From positions 25,392,912 through 25,456,911 of the forward strand of contig NC_092675.1 in NCBI RefSeq assembly GCF_964355755.1: a stretch of DNA of 64,000 nt, read 5' to 3'. The translations under genes were made by a program, and so were the position numbers. Below the pieces are notes generated by a model, which was given only the letters and a program-made list of their open reading frames with translations, searched no databases and had not been told where the DNA came from. The stretch comes from Antedon mediterranea (lineage: Eukaryota > Animalia > Echinodermata). Within the stretch, counting starts at the first letter, position 1, and each line of letters starts with the position of its first letter. Positions 1 to 14,484 of this stretch are shown one piece after another.

Positions 1-3000
1 GGGTTTTTTCAAAAAAACATACTGGTCATGACAGTTATTGTAGGGAGGCTTTACCCATATTGTTTTAAAATATTCTATCACTAAAATTAAAATCTATAGG
101 ATTCGAAAAATAGATAATTTGGTCATTCCTTCATAGATCATATGAGAGGTTGCCAGGAAGTTAGTTTCGCTTGCGATTCACAGTTCAGTGTATGAAAACT
201 GTTTAAGATACACTGTACAGACAACTGGGTTGACCTATGTTTAACAAGGCACAAAACAAACCTACCAAGATATAAATGACTTATAATCATTATTATTTAA
301 TCAATCAATCAATCAATAAAATATTATGGCAATGTATATGAACTCCTACTTGGTGTCTGTTGTCAACACACTAAGAAGTCACATTTTTAGTTTTTGCAAA
401 GTCATACAATGGTAAAAATTAAATTAATTACAAAAGAACACTCATGCAATCCATCCTTTTAATAACACACAAAAGAACGCAACATCAATCAACAAAATAA
501 TATTAAATAATTATATATACAATTAAATTAAATGGCATAATTAATAAATCAAATATCAATTGATTATTTGATGAGCGATATTATTTTGTACCTACACATT
601 AATGAATCAAACACTTTTTTAATATGACCCCCAGATATAATTTGAATGTTATATTATTTATAATTTGTTGTTATAAGATGGTTCAGTTGAACTTATAATA
701 TAAACACACAAAGTACAGTGACCAATATAAAGATAGATTACAGGTTATGTGCCACAAATATTTCAACTGTAGAAATTTAAACAAAATCAAGAAATTTGGA
801 AAAGAAAAGAAATACTCACTATTAATATATTTATTTTTTTTTTAAATCCTGGTACGGGATGTGATCGTGATTCCCAAAAAATGTTGACATCTGTTGGGAT
901 CCTGACGGCGATATTTTAGACCAAAAAAAATCCTAACCAAAAATCAAAGAAAATCCCGGTAATCAGGATTCCCAAAAAATCGGGACATCAGCCAGGATCC
1001 CGAAATTTTCAAAAATCTTTTTGAAAGCACACTATATAATGCTCTTGTGTTCATTGTATTTGGACACTAATGCTTAATGCTCTTATAAAATGCATTCTTT
1101 TAAATATAGAGCATTACTTTGGAGTTCAAATAATATGAAAATCACTCCACAACTAAAACATTAGCAGGCCAAAACCATTCAACTTCCTCACACACGTTTT
1201 AATTAGAGTAGGAAATAGAATTAAGATAGCTACTTTAACATCAATTAGACAGATAAATGCAAGACAAGATGACTAGGATGCTTTTATCTATGTTAAAGAT
1301 TTTGATACTTGTTCAGGTAATAAATATTGTGTAGTTTATTTTAGAAAGTAAAGTAAAATTAGTTTAAAACAATTAAAGTATAAAGTTCCTTACATAGAAT
1401 GTATAAGCTGGGAAACTGATGTTACTGTTACTGTGTTATTATTATTATTATAGCTTTTATGTTTTTTTACTTGCCCGTGGAAAAGAATTCCCATTTTAGT
1501 GAATAGCAGACCATGGGCATACCTTGAGAACAAAACACTGAAATATATTCATCTAATTTCTTTTCAAAAATTATGAATATGTGTACATTTAACAGCAACA
1601 TTAAAAGGAAAGAAATTGAAATTGATTAAACTCCATGAGACCACTTAGGTAGGGGTAGAGAATCATTTGACAGCTTGTGGAGGCATAAGCTTTGATTTCC
1701 TTATTAATCCAAGCATGGCCCTGATGGGTAATTACCCGATTAAATGACATCCTAAATATAAGATCTCATTGGATCCCTAAAATGACATTATCAACCTAAA
1801 CTCTCCTTATTTTCTTGAAAATGTGTTTGGTGAAACTTTTTGGAAAATGTTTGAAAAATGCTTTTTTCCACTCAATGTTAAATGTAATGTTTACATTACA
1901 GTACATTTAGTAGCTTAATATTACATCTAATTTAATTGTCATTAAGTACATATGTTGAGTTAATTAAAAACCACTGTACTATCACAAAATAGTTTATGTT
2001 TTTTCTGTAATCATTCTTGGCCATTTAAAATTATTGTATTATATTTTTACTGCAGTCATTTTCACGTTAAATATATTTTTTATTGATTAATCAGTTTAGC
2101 CTCGCTGTACACGATGTAACATCCACAGGTTTATAAAGGAATTATAAAAAAATGAACACTCTTGACCTACAAATCCTGTTCAGGAAACAATCCAATTCAG
2201 TATAATTATATTTGATCATTTTGAATAGCCTACAGAATATGAAGAGTATAATAAAAAGCATTGCTATTCAAGTTGGAATATACATGACTCAGGCACGTCG
2301 TACACTACCTGTAGAATAGATATTTACAGTATATTGTGGATAGATAAGTTCTGGTAAGTGCTTATTTCTTCATGCTTCTTCTTAACTTATTTCTGAATGG
2401 TTTAGTTAATGTATCTACTCTGCCAATTAAGTGTATAATTCAGTTTTGCTCATAGAGGTAATACTCTAAACTGTCTAGCAAACATGCTGAAATCTATCAA
2501 TTTATAAGGTAAAGATCTGAGAGAGTAAAATCTCCAAACTGAACTGTCAGTGTCACTCCTTTTAAACAAAATTAACAGCAAACATTTTTAATATAATACA
2601 ATAACATGGCAATACCCTCTTATAGGCATTATTATCGCTCTACTTTCAATATGCTATTGCTCTCAACAGAGATATTATAATCTATGCTCTACCCATCATT
2701 TAGTGCTTATATTTTGAGTCCCTCTATCCTTGTAAATCAATTTCACATTTGAGATTAGTACAGTATCTATCTATATAATTTATCATACTAATTCAATCTT
2801 ACCATTCTTTACATGACGTATATAATAAATGTTAAACGTATGTGGAATTAATTTTATCTAAAGATCATCTAGCATCATGTTAACATTTTGTATGTGAAAT
2901 TAAAAGTTAAAATGACACTGTTTCACCAGTGTGAAGTGAAAGTAGAATGACTCCTTATCTTGATGTGTCTATATACTCATCATACAAGTAGATATGAAGA

Positions 3001-4333
3001 CATTTTCAATAGAATCAAATGTTATGTACCGTATATTTTGACCCCATAAAATAAACCTGGCAGCAGTGCAAGGGTGAGGATGAAGGCTTACAATAAGCAA
3101 ATGTAAATACAGCTAGACTATACCATACTGTGTGGGAGCATATGTCAATACCATATTTTCCTTATCAATGACATCATTTCATAAACATAACTTTTTCTGA
3201 TGAATTTAGGGTCAGAAATCATGCCTGAAATATGAATTAGGTTAAATTAAACCACAATTTATTGTAGTGCAAACTCTGCTACCATTATATTAATATTTCA
3301 AAAGTCTATTATTCAAGTCTAGGAGTTCTTTTTATTGTTTATATTACCATTCAAGTAATTTTTTTTTATGAATAATTTATAATAAATAGAAACACTTGAC
3401 AATTTTAATATCTGGCATTATACACAGTATTACATATCTAAACCTAGAATTATATACATATTTTAGAAGAGCATGTGTAAATTGAATACATCAAATTAAA
3501 TATTATTGAAGTAAGATTCTTCATAATGTAAGTATTTGTAGAGTTCTATCTATATGCCAAATAGCAAAATAAACATTTGTTTTAATATCAACTTACCAAT
3601 ATTTTACTACAGCCCTCAAACTATACCAATCCAGAAAAACAATATACTGTCCAAATAAATTAAAATCCACAAAATAAAACTTGTTTAGAACTTCCTCCAA
3701 CCAATAAATGTTTACTTATTTACGTCCCACAAAAGAAAATGATAGTTTCATCAGTGTACTGTAAAACAGTCCTGTCTCTGCAATGCCTTATTGACAATTA
3801 AAACTACACAGCAGTGTAGACTCCGGGCAAGTCAACACAGTTGACTAATCATCCAATCAGAAGTTGGATGTTTAGTGCTCAGCAATGCCATAGACCAATC
3901 ATAGACGCTGCTGATGTCATTGATATAACCTTAGCAAGGACTCATTTCTTGCAGCATTTCCATGGAGATATATGAAATGGAAATTTTTTTTAAAAGTTAC
4001 TCAATATCTATAATAATGAAAATGAATGACTGTTAAATATCAAAATTTGGAAAAAATCAATGTTTCTCAAGTCTTACTTAAAATGAATTTTGTTTTAAAT
4101 ACTGAACTTCAAAAGTGTCAAAAGGTGCAGCATAACATTAATGTCAGATATTCTGTTATATCCAGTAATAAAATAAACTAAACATCAACAATGCAAAAAT
4201 AAATCCATATGAATTTAGAAGCATGGAGGATATAATAAGTTCATTACATGGTCAAAAGTAATGATCTTATTTTATCTATTCAAGTAAGTGCTGATCTTCT
4301 TTTGACGTTTTAATGTATAAATATTTATATCTA

Positions 4334-5560
4334 TCTATCTATATATAAATTATGGTTAATTCTGACATAGGCGAGCACAATGCAAAAACTTCTCTACAAA
4401 TCTCCGCCTTGGATACCTACCTTATCTATCCGAGATGTACCGCGAAACGTAGATTTGATAACATTAGTGTGCACGCCGACGCTATTGTTCCATATTTATA
4501 TCTTAGGAAGATATTATAAAGAGTTTTTTAACAACATTTATGATTTCAACATTGGATTTTCCTCTCAATTTCAATTCTTCCCGGTCAAAGTAATTTCCGG
4601 GTTTAAGATAAATTCACCTTAGTTTCAAATATTTTCTCTCTTTTATACACAAGGGAACAGTTAAAATAATAGATTTGACCCTAAAGGTGACTGGAAACAG
4701 GCACTTTCCATCAATCAATACAGTGTCCCTTTGGAAGACGAAAAAAAAATTGGCCATTAATCATAGCCATTTCAGTTTTTTGTTTATTTTAAAACATACC
4801 ACACGTATGTGAAGGTACAGTAGTTAAATAATAAGAATTATACTGCAAATTAATAAAGATCAAATTAAATATACGCCATAAAGAATCAGAATATATTGTG
4901 GGGAATAGTATTATAAAATTACATAGGGAGATTTGATAAGACATTTTTCGAGTGAAATCCCGATAGCTGAGTTTTATTGAGTAAGCTTGCAGGAATAACT
5001 GTAGGCTATCTTCCTGTGTCCCGTTAGGACCGAGATGTCTGCCCATGTTGCAAACCGTAATGTCTTCTTTCTTGGGCCCACTCTGTCACGGCAGTTAGTT
5101 TCAAAAGATGATTAAATTAAATAAGGTATTAATAATTATTAGGATGGTATTCATTTGAATAAACGCCTCTCCAATAAAACATCACTTTGAATAATAACCC
5201 CCCCCCCCCCCACAACCCAACTATCTAATAAACGTTCATCCGCATATTGAGAGGATTTCATTTGATTATAAATGTTACCATATTATTAGAACTAAAAAAT
5301 TTAACATATATCCCTCGAATAAGCACCTCCCTCAAATGACCTCAGCCTCCCCAAAGGGCCCTACCAAACAATAAAAACTATACTTTAAAATGTTATTAAT
5401 CATCTAAAACACTGTGAAACAAAGTAATTTAGTTTTACGAATGTCAAGCATTTTCAATAATGGTAACCGACAGAAAATGTATAAGGAGAACGTTATCATT
5501 CCGAGAACCATCGTCTACACTTCCTAGAGGGGGAGCGAGCGAAGCGAGCTCACCCTCTAG
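4334..5560 (+). mobile_element. Non-autonomous Helitron-like element
   Basis: 5' end TCTATCTATATATAAAT preceded by A (start uncertain by 4 bp within the TCTA run). 3' end is a GC-rich hairpin CTAGAGGGGGAGC...GCTCACCCTCTAG (5524-5560, 1 mismatch) ending in CTAG followed by T. A|TC...CTAG|T termini are typical of Helitrons. No RepHel ORF. Pairing of the two ends is inferred. Confidence 0.6.
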
Positions 5561-5678
5561 TACAATAAAATTGTTTTAATACTATAAGAAGAAATCAATA
5601 CAATTGTAATGTACCAGCCTTTAAAAAACAATTATGAAGTAAAGCATGCTTGATGTATTTATTTTTACCTTTCTTCCT

Positions 5679-5824
5679 CTATCATGCCTAACTTGGCACC
5701 CTATCATGCCTAACTTGGCACCCTATCATGCCTAACTTGGCACCCTATCATGCCTATTGGCACCCTATCATGCCTAACTTGGCACCATATCATGCCTAAC
5801 TTAGCACCCTATCATGCCTAACTT
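5679..5824. repeat. 22-bp minisatellite (CTATCATGCCTAACTTGGCACC), ~6.7 copies
   Basis: Directly visible. One unit has a 2-bp deletion and one has two substitutions. Confidence 0.95.
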
Positions 5825-8015
5825 ATGTGAATCAGAAGAACCAGGTTAATTTACATCTTCTACTAACCAGACAGTTTAGTCTGAGAATCTAGCAAGACAG
5901 AAACCGGCAATATTTGATCACAGATTTTAGTTTTCGCACTTAAGGTTGTCATAATTGTAAAAATGTCCACCTGTTTATTGAATATATAGCATCGCTTTAC
6001 TCAGTAGCACTAAGTATGTAAAGCGTAATAAGCTTAACTGCCACTTTACTACACAAATTATGACATTACGCTGCTAAAATGTTTCCTTGTAAAAGAGGTA
6101 TTTTATCTCGGCACTCCTCGAAAGCATTTACGGAGAATTCATAAATTCCGATATACTTTATGCTTTTTGTTTTACTTATGCATTTAAGAAACAAACATTT
6201 AAGAATTTGAGCATTAATGTTTTTTAATTTAAGATGTTTTACGTTGAAGGACGTAACTTAACTTGAAGGAATCGGGTTTTTTTTTATAGAATTTTAGTTC
6301 TGGTAATCTACAAAAAAAATGCTAAAATATAGAAACCAACAGTGGTGATGGTAGTTTGTAATTCCCGCTTAACTGGATAAACCGAAAAAAAGTCCTCTCC
6401 AGAGGGAGGGGCTTTGATACGAAAAGTTAATTCGTTCCTATAGAGTACCCCTCTACTATTATACATGGCCACACATGGGCACATCCATCATTCTACAAAG
6501 AAAACATAATACGCTAGCCTTAATTCATGTTCCTAATAAAAGGTAATTGGCTTTCATCAGGTACCCATAAGCAACAAAATGATGCAAGTCTCTTGATTTT
6601 GACATACCTGTCAGTATACTCTACAGTTGTTTATACAGTATTATTATTATTAATAAAATAATTATTTTCTGATTTGTTATTGTGACAAGCAACAACAAAA
6701 TGGTGTTATATTGGCAATGGACAATGCATTCAGCAAAAAAAAAAATGGATTAAAAAAATAGTACTACCATGATTTAAGAAAAAGCATGCGGGTGTTTACA
6801 CAGTTTCTTCCATTTACCAATTTTAGTTAATCAGATCTATTTATTGGGAGGCAATCATAATAAAAAGTTACTAAACAAACCAGCTCCTGTTTTTATGGAA
6901 TTTCTCTCCTCCTTATCTCTAAATATTTCCAAGCCCATAAAGTTAGATGTCAAGCCCTTAAGCTTATGGAGACTTACCTACATCATTAATATTACTTGTC
7001 ATTATTGTGGATCAAACAAAAAGGTTATGAAAAAAAACTTGGCTTAAATAAACATTACCTCCAAGCTCCAATCATCAATTTGCATACATTCCTAAATATT
7101 GTTTGTGATAAAATGTTAGGTACTTTATTTCATTTTTGTTTATTTCAACATCACACCACCTACAATTATATGTTGAGAAAAAACCTACGCTTTCTAAACT
7201 TACATAAACATTCATTTGCTTATTTTTAATTCCCTAGCAACGACACAAGATTTTTACACACCAAGCTTTCCAGAGCTATGTACTGAACCTTTAAATAAGA
7301 CAAATTTAAAAAACAGATTAAAAGGTGTTCTCAGAATAAAATTAAATCGTTTATCAATGTCCAGCTTTTAGCTGCAACGCAAAATAACAGTTATTTTGAC
7401 TGTTCTTTAACTAACTGTACTGTAGCATTGTAAAAGTTTGACCAAACTTAACATTTTTCATCATTACCAAAAATTTTTTTTAAAGTACAAATTTCTGATA
7501 TGCAGTCTATATAAAATTTATATTTTTTCAATCTATTTAAAAAAAAACGGTTATTAGACGTTGCAGAAGGAGCAGGCCCACAATCTTTGAAATCTTGATA
7601 GTAATCATGATAGATTTTACTAATTATTCTTTGTTGATTCAATCTAATTACACAACAAATGATGCAATTATTATAAAGTTAAACTAATATGATATATTAT
7701 ACAATTATTATTATATCATTTTAATGGCATTTCTCCTGAGTTAGATAAATATTGATTCTATCTAAGATGCAATTTACAAAAAAATGAAGAATCAATCAAC
7801 CATCATCTAAATCACCTACTTTCCACTGTAAGTTCATAACCCATTACATAAATAAAATAAAATAAAATAAAATATAATCTTGCAAATCTAAGATTAAACT
7901 TTTAGTTTTAAAATAGTTAAGTATTACATAACTATCTGTGAAATAGTGGTAATTCATTGTAGGCCTATCAGTGACATTTAATATGAATGTATTATGAGCT
8001 AATTTATAATACATT

Positions 8016-8425
8016 GAAAATGTTGCTAGAGGTTCACACAGCACATTTTAATAAGTTGATCATGATCAATAATGTGAGTGAGTTACTCGTGATAATTGAA
8101 CATTTAGCTGTAGGTTCACACAGCACATTTTAAAAAGTTAATCATGATCAACAATGTGAGTTACTCATGATCATTTAAAATGTTGCTATAGGTTCACACA
8201 GCACATTTTTAATAAGTTGATCAGGATCAGCAATGTGAATGAGTTACTCATGATCATTGAACATTTAGCTGCAGGTTCACACAGCACATGTTAATAAGTT
8301 GATCATGATCAACAATGTGAGTTACTCATGATCATTTAAAATGTTGCTATAGGTTCACACAGCACATTTTAATAAGTTGATCATGATCAACAATGCTAGT
8401 TACTTGTTACAGGTTCACACACACA
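8016..8425. repeat. ~80-bp tandem repeat with alternating A/B units (~161-bp dimer)
   Basis: Core AGGTTCACAC at 8030, 8112, 8190, 8273, 8351, 8411 (spacings 82, 78, 83, 78, 60). It is preceded alternately by AAAATGTTGCTA and GAACATTTAGCTG. Confidence 0.9.
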
Positions 8426-10104
8426 TATATTAATTTTTTGAGAAAGAGTCTATCATAATCAACAATGTGCGTTGTTCAAAACTTCACAATTGTCAGTGAA
8501 AGGTACCACTATAAAGGTAGAATTGTAGAAAACCAAAAAACTTTAAGAAAAGCACAACACGTATTACTTAAAATGTAAGCAGTGTGTCGCCAACTCAATG
8601 ACATGTCAACACATAGCTTAAGAGCTTGTTATAATTAATGTTTAATTATTCCTGATAACAAGTTTATCAGAAATATAATCCATGATAGTATGGTTATTCA
8701 CCTTAATTATCAAGATTTTGATTTTATGAGCAATAATTGACCATGAAGTTAAGGCAAATGACCATCAAAGCGAGATAGTATGTGCACACAAATATAGGAT
8801 ATAATGGATTAACGTATCAAAGTTCATAGTCTATCTTCTAGCATTTCATTGATTGAATTTAGTTGTGTGCCTAGAGTAAAATAAACTAAGGGTAAACATC
8901 GAATTTGGACTACGTTTATTCGGTGAAAGTAGATAATATATATACACAATGCAATATATTTTGCATTAAAAAAATATTTTTCATTGCTTCAGGAAGTGAT
9001 GTGTGAAATAAGATGTTCCCCTTTTTCACAACCTCTTTTTATTTACCAAAACCAATATGTGGAGTCAAGTATTTATTAAACATTATAATACATACGGTAA
9101 CTCATATACAGGTATTTTTTAAGCTTCAAGCAAAATATATGCATAATTACAATTGTAATTTTTATTGTAAAGCAAAGGACACTACTTTTAAAAAGACAAA
9201 CAGAAGCTTAGCAAAGAAATATCAGAAGTGACATACTAATTGGAATATCATCCTATTTTCATATGTCACAGGAAAACACTGATAAGATACCAAGACAGCA
9301 TAATCACTTGTCAATCAACCGCTTCAGCAACCAATCATACAAAATAGTTTACCATGATTTTGGTGAAGCAAGAGCACACTGTAAAGACTGGTTTTGGTAT
9401 TTATCCTTTCATACAACCTTACACTGCCAATAAAATATAACAGTGTATAAATTAAAATTTCTTCAGATTAATAATGCTTCACTTGTATTCAATTGCTAAC
9501 AAATCAAACTACACTAGGAGCATACCTGTTCAGGAAAAACTTTTCCATTAAAAAATGAAGGACAATATATGTTTCGGCATAATGCCAACCCCTATTCAAA
9601 GGGTACCACTGTTAAAGGGACACCTTATTAGGTCACAAAGGTTTATTAGGGGTTCTACTTTATTTAAAAAAAATAAAGTCCTATGCTAATACCAGGCTGC
9701 ATTAAAAAAAATAGTAATTCACAAGCTACACAAAATGTGTATATTAAAATATACCTTTTAACTTTTCAGAAGTAGAGAATGACTCATTAACAAGTGATAC
9801 AATTATTGATTTTATACCTTGATTATAGTACTTAACTTGTTAATCACTAATTCATTATTACTCTTTCAATTAATATCAAACTACGTAAGTGACATTAGTC
9901 ATCCGACTGTATTTTGACATTATTAATAATAGTTCTTTTACTGATAATAATAGTTAATTTGTTTTATTAATAATAATTGTTCTCTAAATCCATGCATCAA
10001 AGGTGTATGTATGTGATGATTTTGTTGATGGATAAATCTGTACATTTAAGATTTTTGGACACATTTTTTATATATGTAATGTTTTTTTCCCAAAAGCAGT
10101 CATA

Positions 10105-10493
10105 GAGTCTGTTTCTGCAGAATAACGCAAATTAGCCGTTTATTTTAAAATGGAATAAAAATAACAAGACTGCGTTTCTGCTCAATTTTTGCCGAAATAA
10201 CCGGTTAAATCAATGGGTGGTCGTTGACAAAAATCGTTAGAATTACCCAAAATGCAATTTGTCCTGGCGGTTAATTCAAACGTACTGCTGTGCAGTTGAT
10301 TCGGGGTCAGCAGCTGTCAATGAAATAACCGTTATTTTGTGTTACTCAGCAATGGCGTCCTAACACCGAATTGAATGGGTGTTTTTAACCGATTATTTTG
10401 CGCTGCCTTTTAACCGGTTACCAAAAATTTGTCCTGTTTCTGCTCCCAAGAAAAATATTCACACCGATTATTTTATGAAGAAGAAACAGGCCC
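10105..10493. mobile_element. PIF/Harbinger-type MITE (degenerate)
   Basis: Termini GAGTCTGTTTCT...AGAAACAGGCCC resemble the TIRs of the elements at 11796 and 49243. Multiple internal TAACCG/CGGTTA motifs. No clean TSD. Confidence 0.6.
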
Positions 10494-11795
10494 AATATAA
10501 ATACTCCTGAAAATTAAATATAGACATGCCTATAGATTATAAGACCTTCGATTACCAATAGAAACCTGATACCATACAAATAAACATTCAGTGTAAATTA
10601 AGGCTTAACCTTGTGTCACAATTAAAGATGATGTAAATATACTCATACCTAGTTAAGGCATAGAAAAATATCTCTATGGTTAAGGTGAACACCCACGATC
10701 CACTGATATTTCCTTTGTTAAAAGCGGTTTGACAGACACAATAACATCAATGTGGACATAGACAAGGCTGATGACTGAGTGTATTTGATGTTGTTATCTG
10801 TAACACACACTGAGTCAGAGTGCTAATAAACTTTGAATTATTTTGAGGTAAACAGGAAAAGGTAGGTAGTCTGCTGAACACCTATAAAGTACAAGGACTT
10901 TATTTCCTCTGATAGGGACATATTTTAGATGTATTTCATATAATATAATATAATAATAATTTATTTGGAAGCTAAACTTTTGAAACAGTGGCACACTTCT
11001 TGAATGAAGGTGCGTCCAGAGTAAGTAAAATAAAAATTAGAGAAAAACATGATTTAACAATAGGCCTATTGGTTAAAATTAAACACTTTACTCTGAAATA
11101 TGCGAGTGTACATAAAAAATCATCATACAGAAAAAAATTATACATCCGTCAATAGTCTTAGGGGACGGTACAAATGAATTAAAGTTTAATCTGTTTCCCC
11201 TGACTATTGCATAATATCAGCAAGAAGTCTTTTCTATCTCATTTTATCATAGAAATGTTCTTTTAAAAAAGAATGTATCAATTGGAAAATATACCATAAT
11301 GTGACACATTATAAATTTATCCTTTGTGACCACATTGGAGGTTGAAGAAGTTTGGACTTCAACCTTCAATGAATCCTGAATACCAAAATCACCCAAAATA
11401 TGTTTTTTTCTTTTTAGTTTTTTTTTAATAAATATATAGTTAATTGAATTATAGAGTAACGTTTCACTCAACATATTGCACTAGGAGCCCAAATCAATTG
11501 ATAATTATATTTTTTTCCTTAGTGTAAATTTAAAAGATTCGCTGAAAATCAATCATCCGCACAGTTTTAGAGTGAATATGTATGAATTTCTCACCTTCTC
11601 TCACTTTAATAATATACTTTAAAAGGCCAAATTTTATTCTACTTTTCTAATTTAATCATTTTTTTTATTTCCTATATTGCAATAAAAATAGAACATTAGG
11701 ATGCAAACAATGTTATTTTTATATTGACACTCAATTTAATATTTTTTTCTCATGTTTTTATTTTATGTAAGCGGATATGGACAGTTTTTCTCTTA

Positions 11796-12620
11796 GGGCC
11801 TGTTTCTGCTGCAACTGCTCAAAATACGGTATAAAAATACAGTATTTTTTATACCGTATTTTTTAGTACCCCGTTTCTGCTAACAATAATTCTTGAGTGG
11901 TCGTGTTAAATTTCATCCTTTTTACCCAAATTGCCATTCATTTATTTGGTCGATAATTAAAAGTCGCAATAAAGGAAGTTTTACGCCTCACTTTCAACAG
12001 TCTAGTCCTAGTGATAGAGATGTTGTGAGAGCACAAAAAACATCGTAATGGGGACAAGTAATTCGTTCCCTCTCCGAGTTATTGTCTTTTGCAATGTTGT
12101 ACTGCTTTCGCAGGCTCTTCAGCTTTGAGTTTACTTGGTTTGAAGACAAGTCTATTCCGTACTCCAGCTTCATTTTTGTAAAAATGTCTTTATAAATGTG
12201 GTTGTCCCTTTTATTACCTTTTAGTTGGCCAGACATTTTAGCTTCCCCACCCCTCCTTCCCCACACAGATTTATATAGTAAATACTGTGACGTCTTCGCT
12301 TCACATTTTCGCCGAATATATCTATACACGTGTGTAAAACAGCTGACAGCGACAGAAAATAAAAACACGATGTTGACCTCATGTTGCAGGTAAAAAAAAT
12401 ATGGTATTTTTTATTGGCAGCAGAAAAGGGTACAAATAATACGGTATGAATTTGTAAATGCCGTATTTTATCCACAAATTTTGTGGGGAAAATACGGTAT
12501 ACAAAATACGGTATTTTTTTTATGAGCGCAGTTTCTGCTGCCAAAAAAATACGGTATATATATGGTATTCAATAAATACCGTATAAAATACGGTATTTTC
12601 TTGGCAGCAGAAACAGGGCC
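11796..12620 (-). mobile_element. Non-autonomous PIF/Harbinger element with Myb/SANT-like (trihelix) remnant, copy 1
   Basis: TIRs GGGCCTGTTTCTGCTGC / GCAGCAGAAACAGGGCC, with TTA on the left. Subterminal arrays of AATACCGTAT/ATACGGTAT. Minus ORF 11994-12368 contains IYKDIFTKMKLEYGIDLSSNQVNSKLKSLRKQYNIAKDNN...CPHYD, a Myb/SANT-like pattern matching the Harbinger DNA-binding ORF. No DDE transposase. Confidence 0.8.
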
Positions 12621-13519
12621 TCTGGTGTCATTTTCAATTAATACATAGAAAAAAGATTGTGAACTTTTAGGAGTGGCAAATATGTAAAATTGATGGTTGT
12701 ATTCTTGTTCCCTCTGATTTTCTTAAAATGTCAAAATTATTATTGTAAGACTAGTATAGAGCTAGAGATATAATTCACACATAATCTGTATAGGCATGGT
12801 TAATTTAAAGGCCATAGCAAGAATGGGGTGTTTTTTGCCCTTTATAATAATTCAAAATGTCTTTTCATTATCCTAAATGACCTTTCAGATACAGTCTGTA
12901 TGTGTCCTCACTACCACATACATGTCAATCTTGAGGTTGCTGCTGGCTTGAGATTCTGAAAGTAATTTTTTCAGCCTAAATTAAGACAAATCTTCCCGGC
13001 CGACTGGAGCAAAGCGAAATGATAATTTCAAGTAATTTGAAAACAAAAATTGGCATTGGTGAAAAGCGCAAGGTTTTAGGTGCGTGGTGTGGGAGATTGG
13101 TTGCAGTAAAAAAGCGTGAGCTTCATGCCAGGGACAATTTATTACTAATACTATCCAAATATGTTTATCATGCTTATAATTTCATAAAAATCGTTTTGTA
13201 GGAACCAATGTTCTATAGGCAAAATCTAACAAGTAAAGAATTAAATTATGACGACAAATATATATCAATATCATTATTTGGTAGAAATGTGCTTTTGTGG
13301 AAATTAGTTTTTTTCTAATTAATGTTACATGACAACAACAGCATTAAACCAGTTTAGTTTGAACTTTAAGTTTGATCAAAAGTAGGTTGTTTTAAATTGT
13401 CTGTATAAATTCACTCAATAAAACCTAAATGAAAAGCAAAATACAGGAAATTTCAAATTCACCTTGTCTGAGTAATGAACAAATATATAAGAAAGTTATA
13501 TTCTAGGTCATTTTCACAT

Positions 13520-13920
13520 CTTTTTATTTCATTTTTTATTTTATTTTATTCAGTTGACAACCAACAGCAATGAAACCGCCACTAACAGGTTGAATCTAAA
13601 CATAATAAACTATAACAATACATTCAAATAAGCAATAATAACATAAACAAAGATTGGAACATTATAGCGATTTAACAATTTTACATTTAAACTATCATAA
13701 AATAAATTAATATCCAAACAAGTAACAAGCAACCTATTAAATGTGTTAAAAAAAATACCTCGTTTTGTGCATTTAACCAATTTTATTCTTATCCAGTATA
13801 TTATGATTTTGAAAATAACCATGAGTCTAATGAAAATGAAATCAATAATGTTGTACAGACGATGGTTAAATTCTCCTTTAGCATGATTGATAAAATAAAA
13901 TATCTTCTGAAAATACAAAA
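13520..13920 (-). mobile_element. Highly decayed CR1/L2-like LINE 3' end (tentative)
   Basis: Minus strand ends in ...GCTGTTGGTTGTCAACTGAATAAAATAAAATAAAAAATGAAAT, an A-rich simple-repeat tail. The upstream translation only weakly resembles a LINE ORF2 C-terminus. Confidence 0.25.
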
Positions 13921-14326
13921 ATACTTGGCAACTTCACCATCATAAAACCACTATTAAACATTCCAACTAGCTCTATTATAAACTCTTCAAAACTTAAAAC
14001 AACAAAACAGGTGAAGTTACAACATAAACACTTGGGTCGAATACTCCAATATGCAGGTATGGTGGATGCATTTAAAGATATCATCTAGAATTCTTGCATT
14101 ATGGGCAAAGTTTACATTTTACATCTGTAATTCATTTAATGCAATCCTGTCACATGACCTGGATTTTTTGTAGATACAGTTTGAAAAATAAATACAAATT
14201 GGTTTTAACTAATTCAAAGTTTTTCGATTTTTATTCTAAAACCAACAATAATACTTCAGTGCATCATTTTACACCCAACAAATAATCTAAAAATAATAAA
14301 AGTATCTTAAAATAAATTATATAATG

Positions 14327-14484
14327 CAGTCGACTCTCCCAATAGCACCTAGACACAATATTGGTCTGAACGGTTCAAAAGGCCACAAATTCATTTTTAA
14401 TGTTAAAAGATATTCAGAATATCAGAATTTCTGGAAAACAATATAATATTGGGCCAGCCCAAGGTGTCTGTTGAGAGTTGATTG
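14327..14484. mobile_element. Tc1/mariner-type MITE (degenerate)
   Basis: Imperfect TIRs CAGTCGACTCTC / GAGAGTTGATTG, with TA on the right flank and TG on the left. Confidence 0.4.

Noticed and set aside
851-1015. CGGGAT/ATCCCG-rich patch as a defined transposon
   Set aside because: It looks like a subterminal TE remnant, but no paired termini or TSD were found.
5679-5824. 22-bp repeats as a CRISPR array
   Set aside because: Units are directly adjacent with no unique spacers, the context is eukaryotic, and there are no cas genes.
11247-11474. ILGDF as a LINE endonuclease motif
   Set aside because: A single short motif with no supporting context.
12805-13200. Second Kolobok-like element starting TTAA|AGGCCATA
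   Set aside because: No matching right TIR found.
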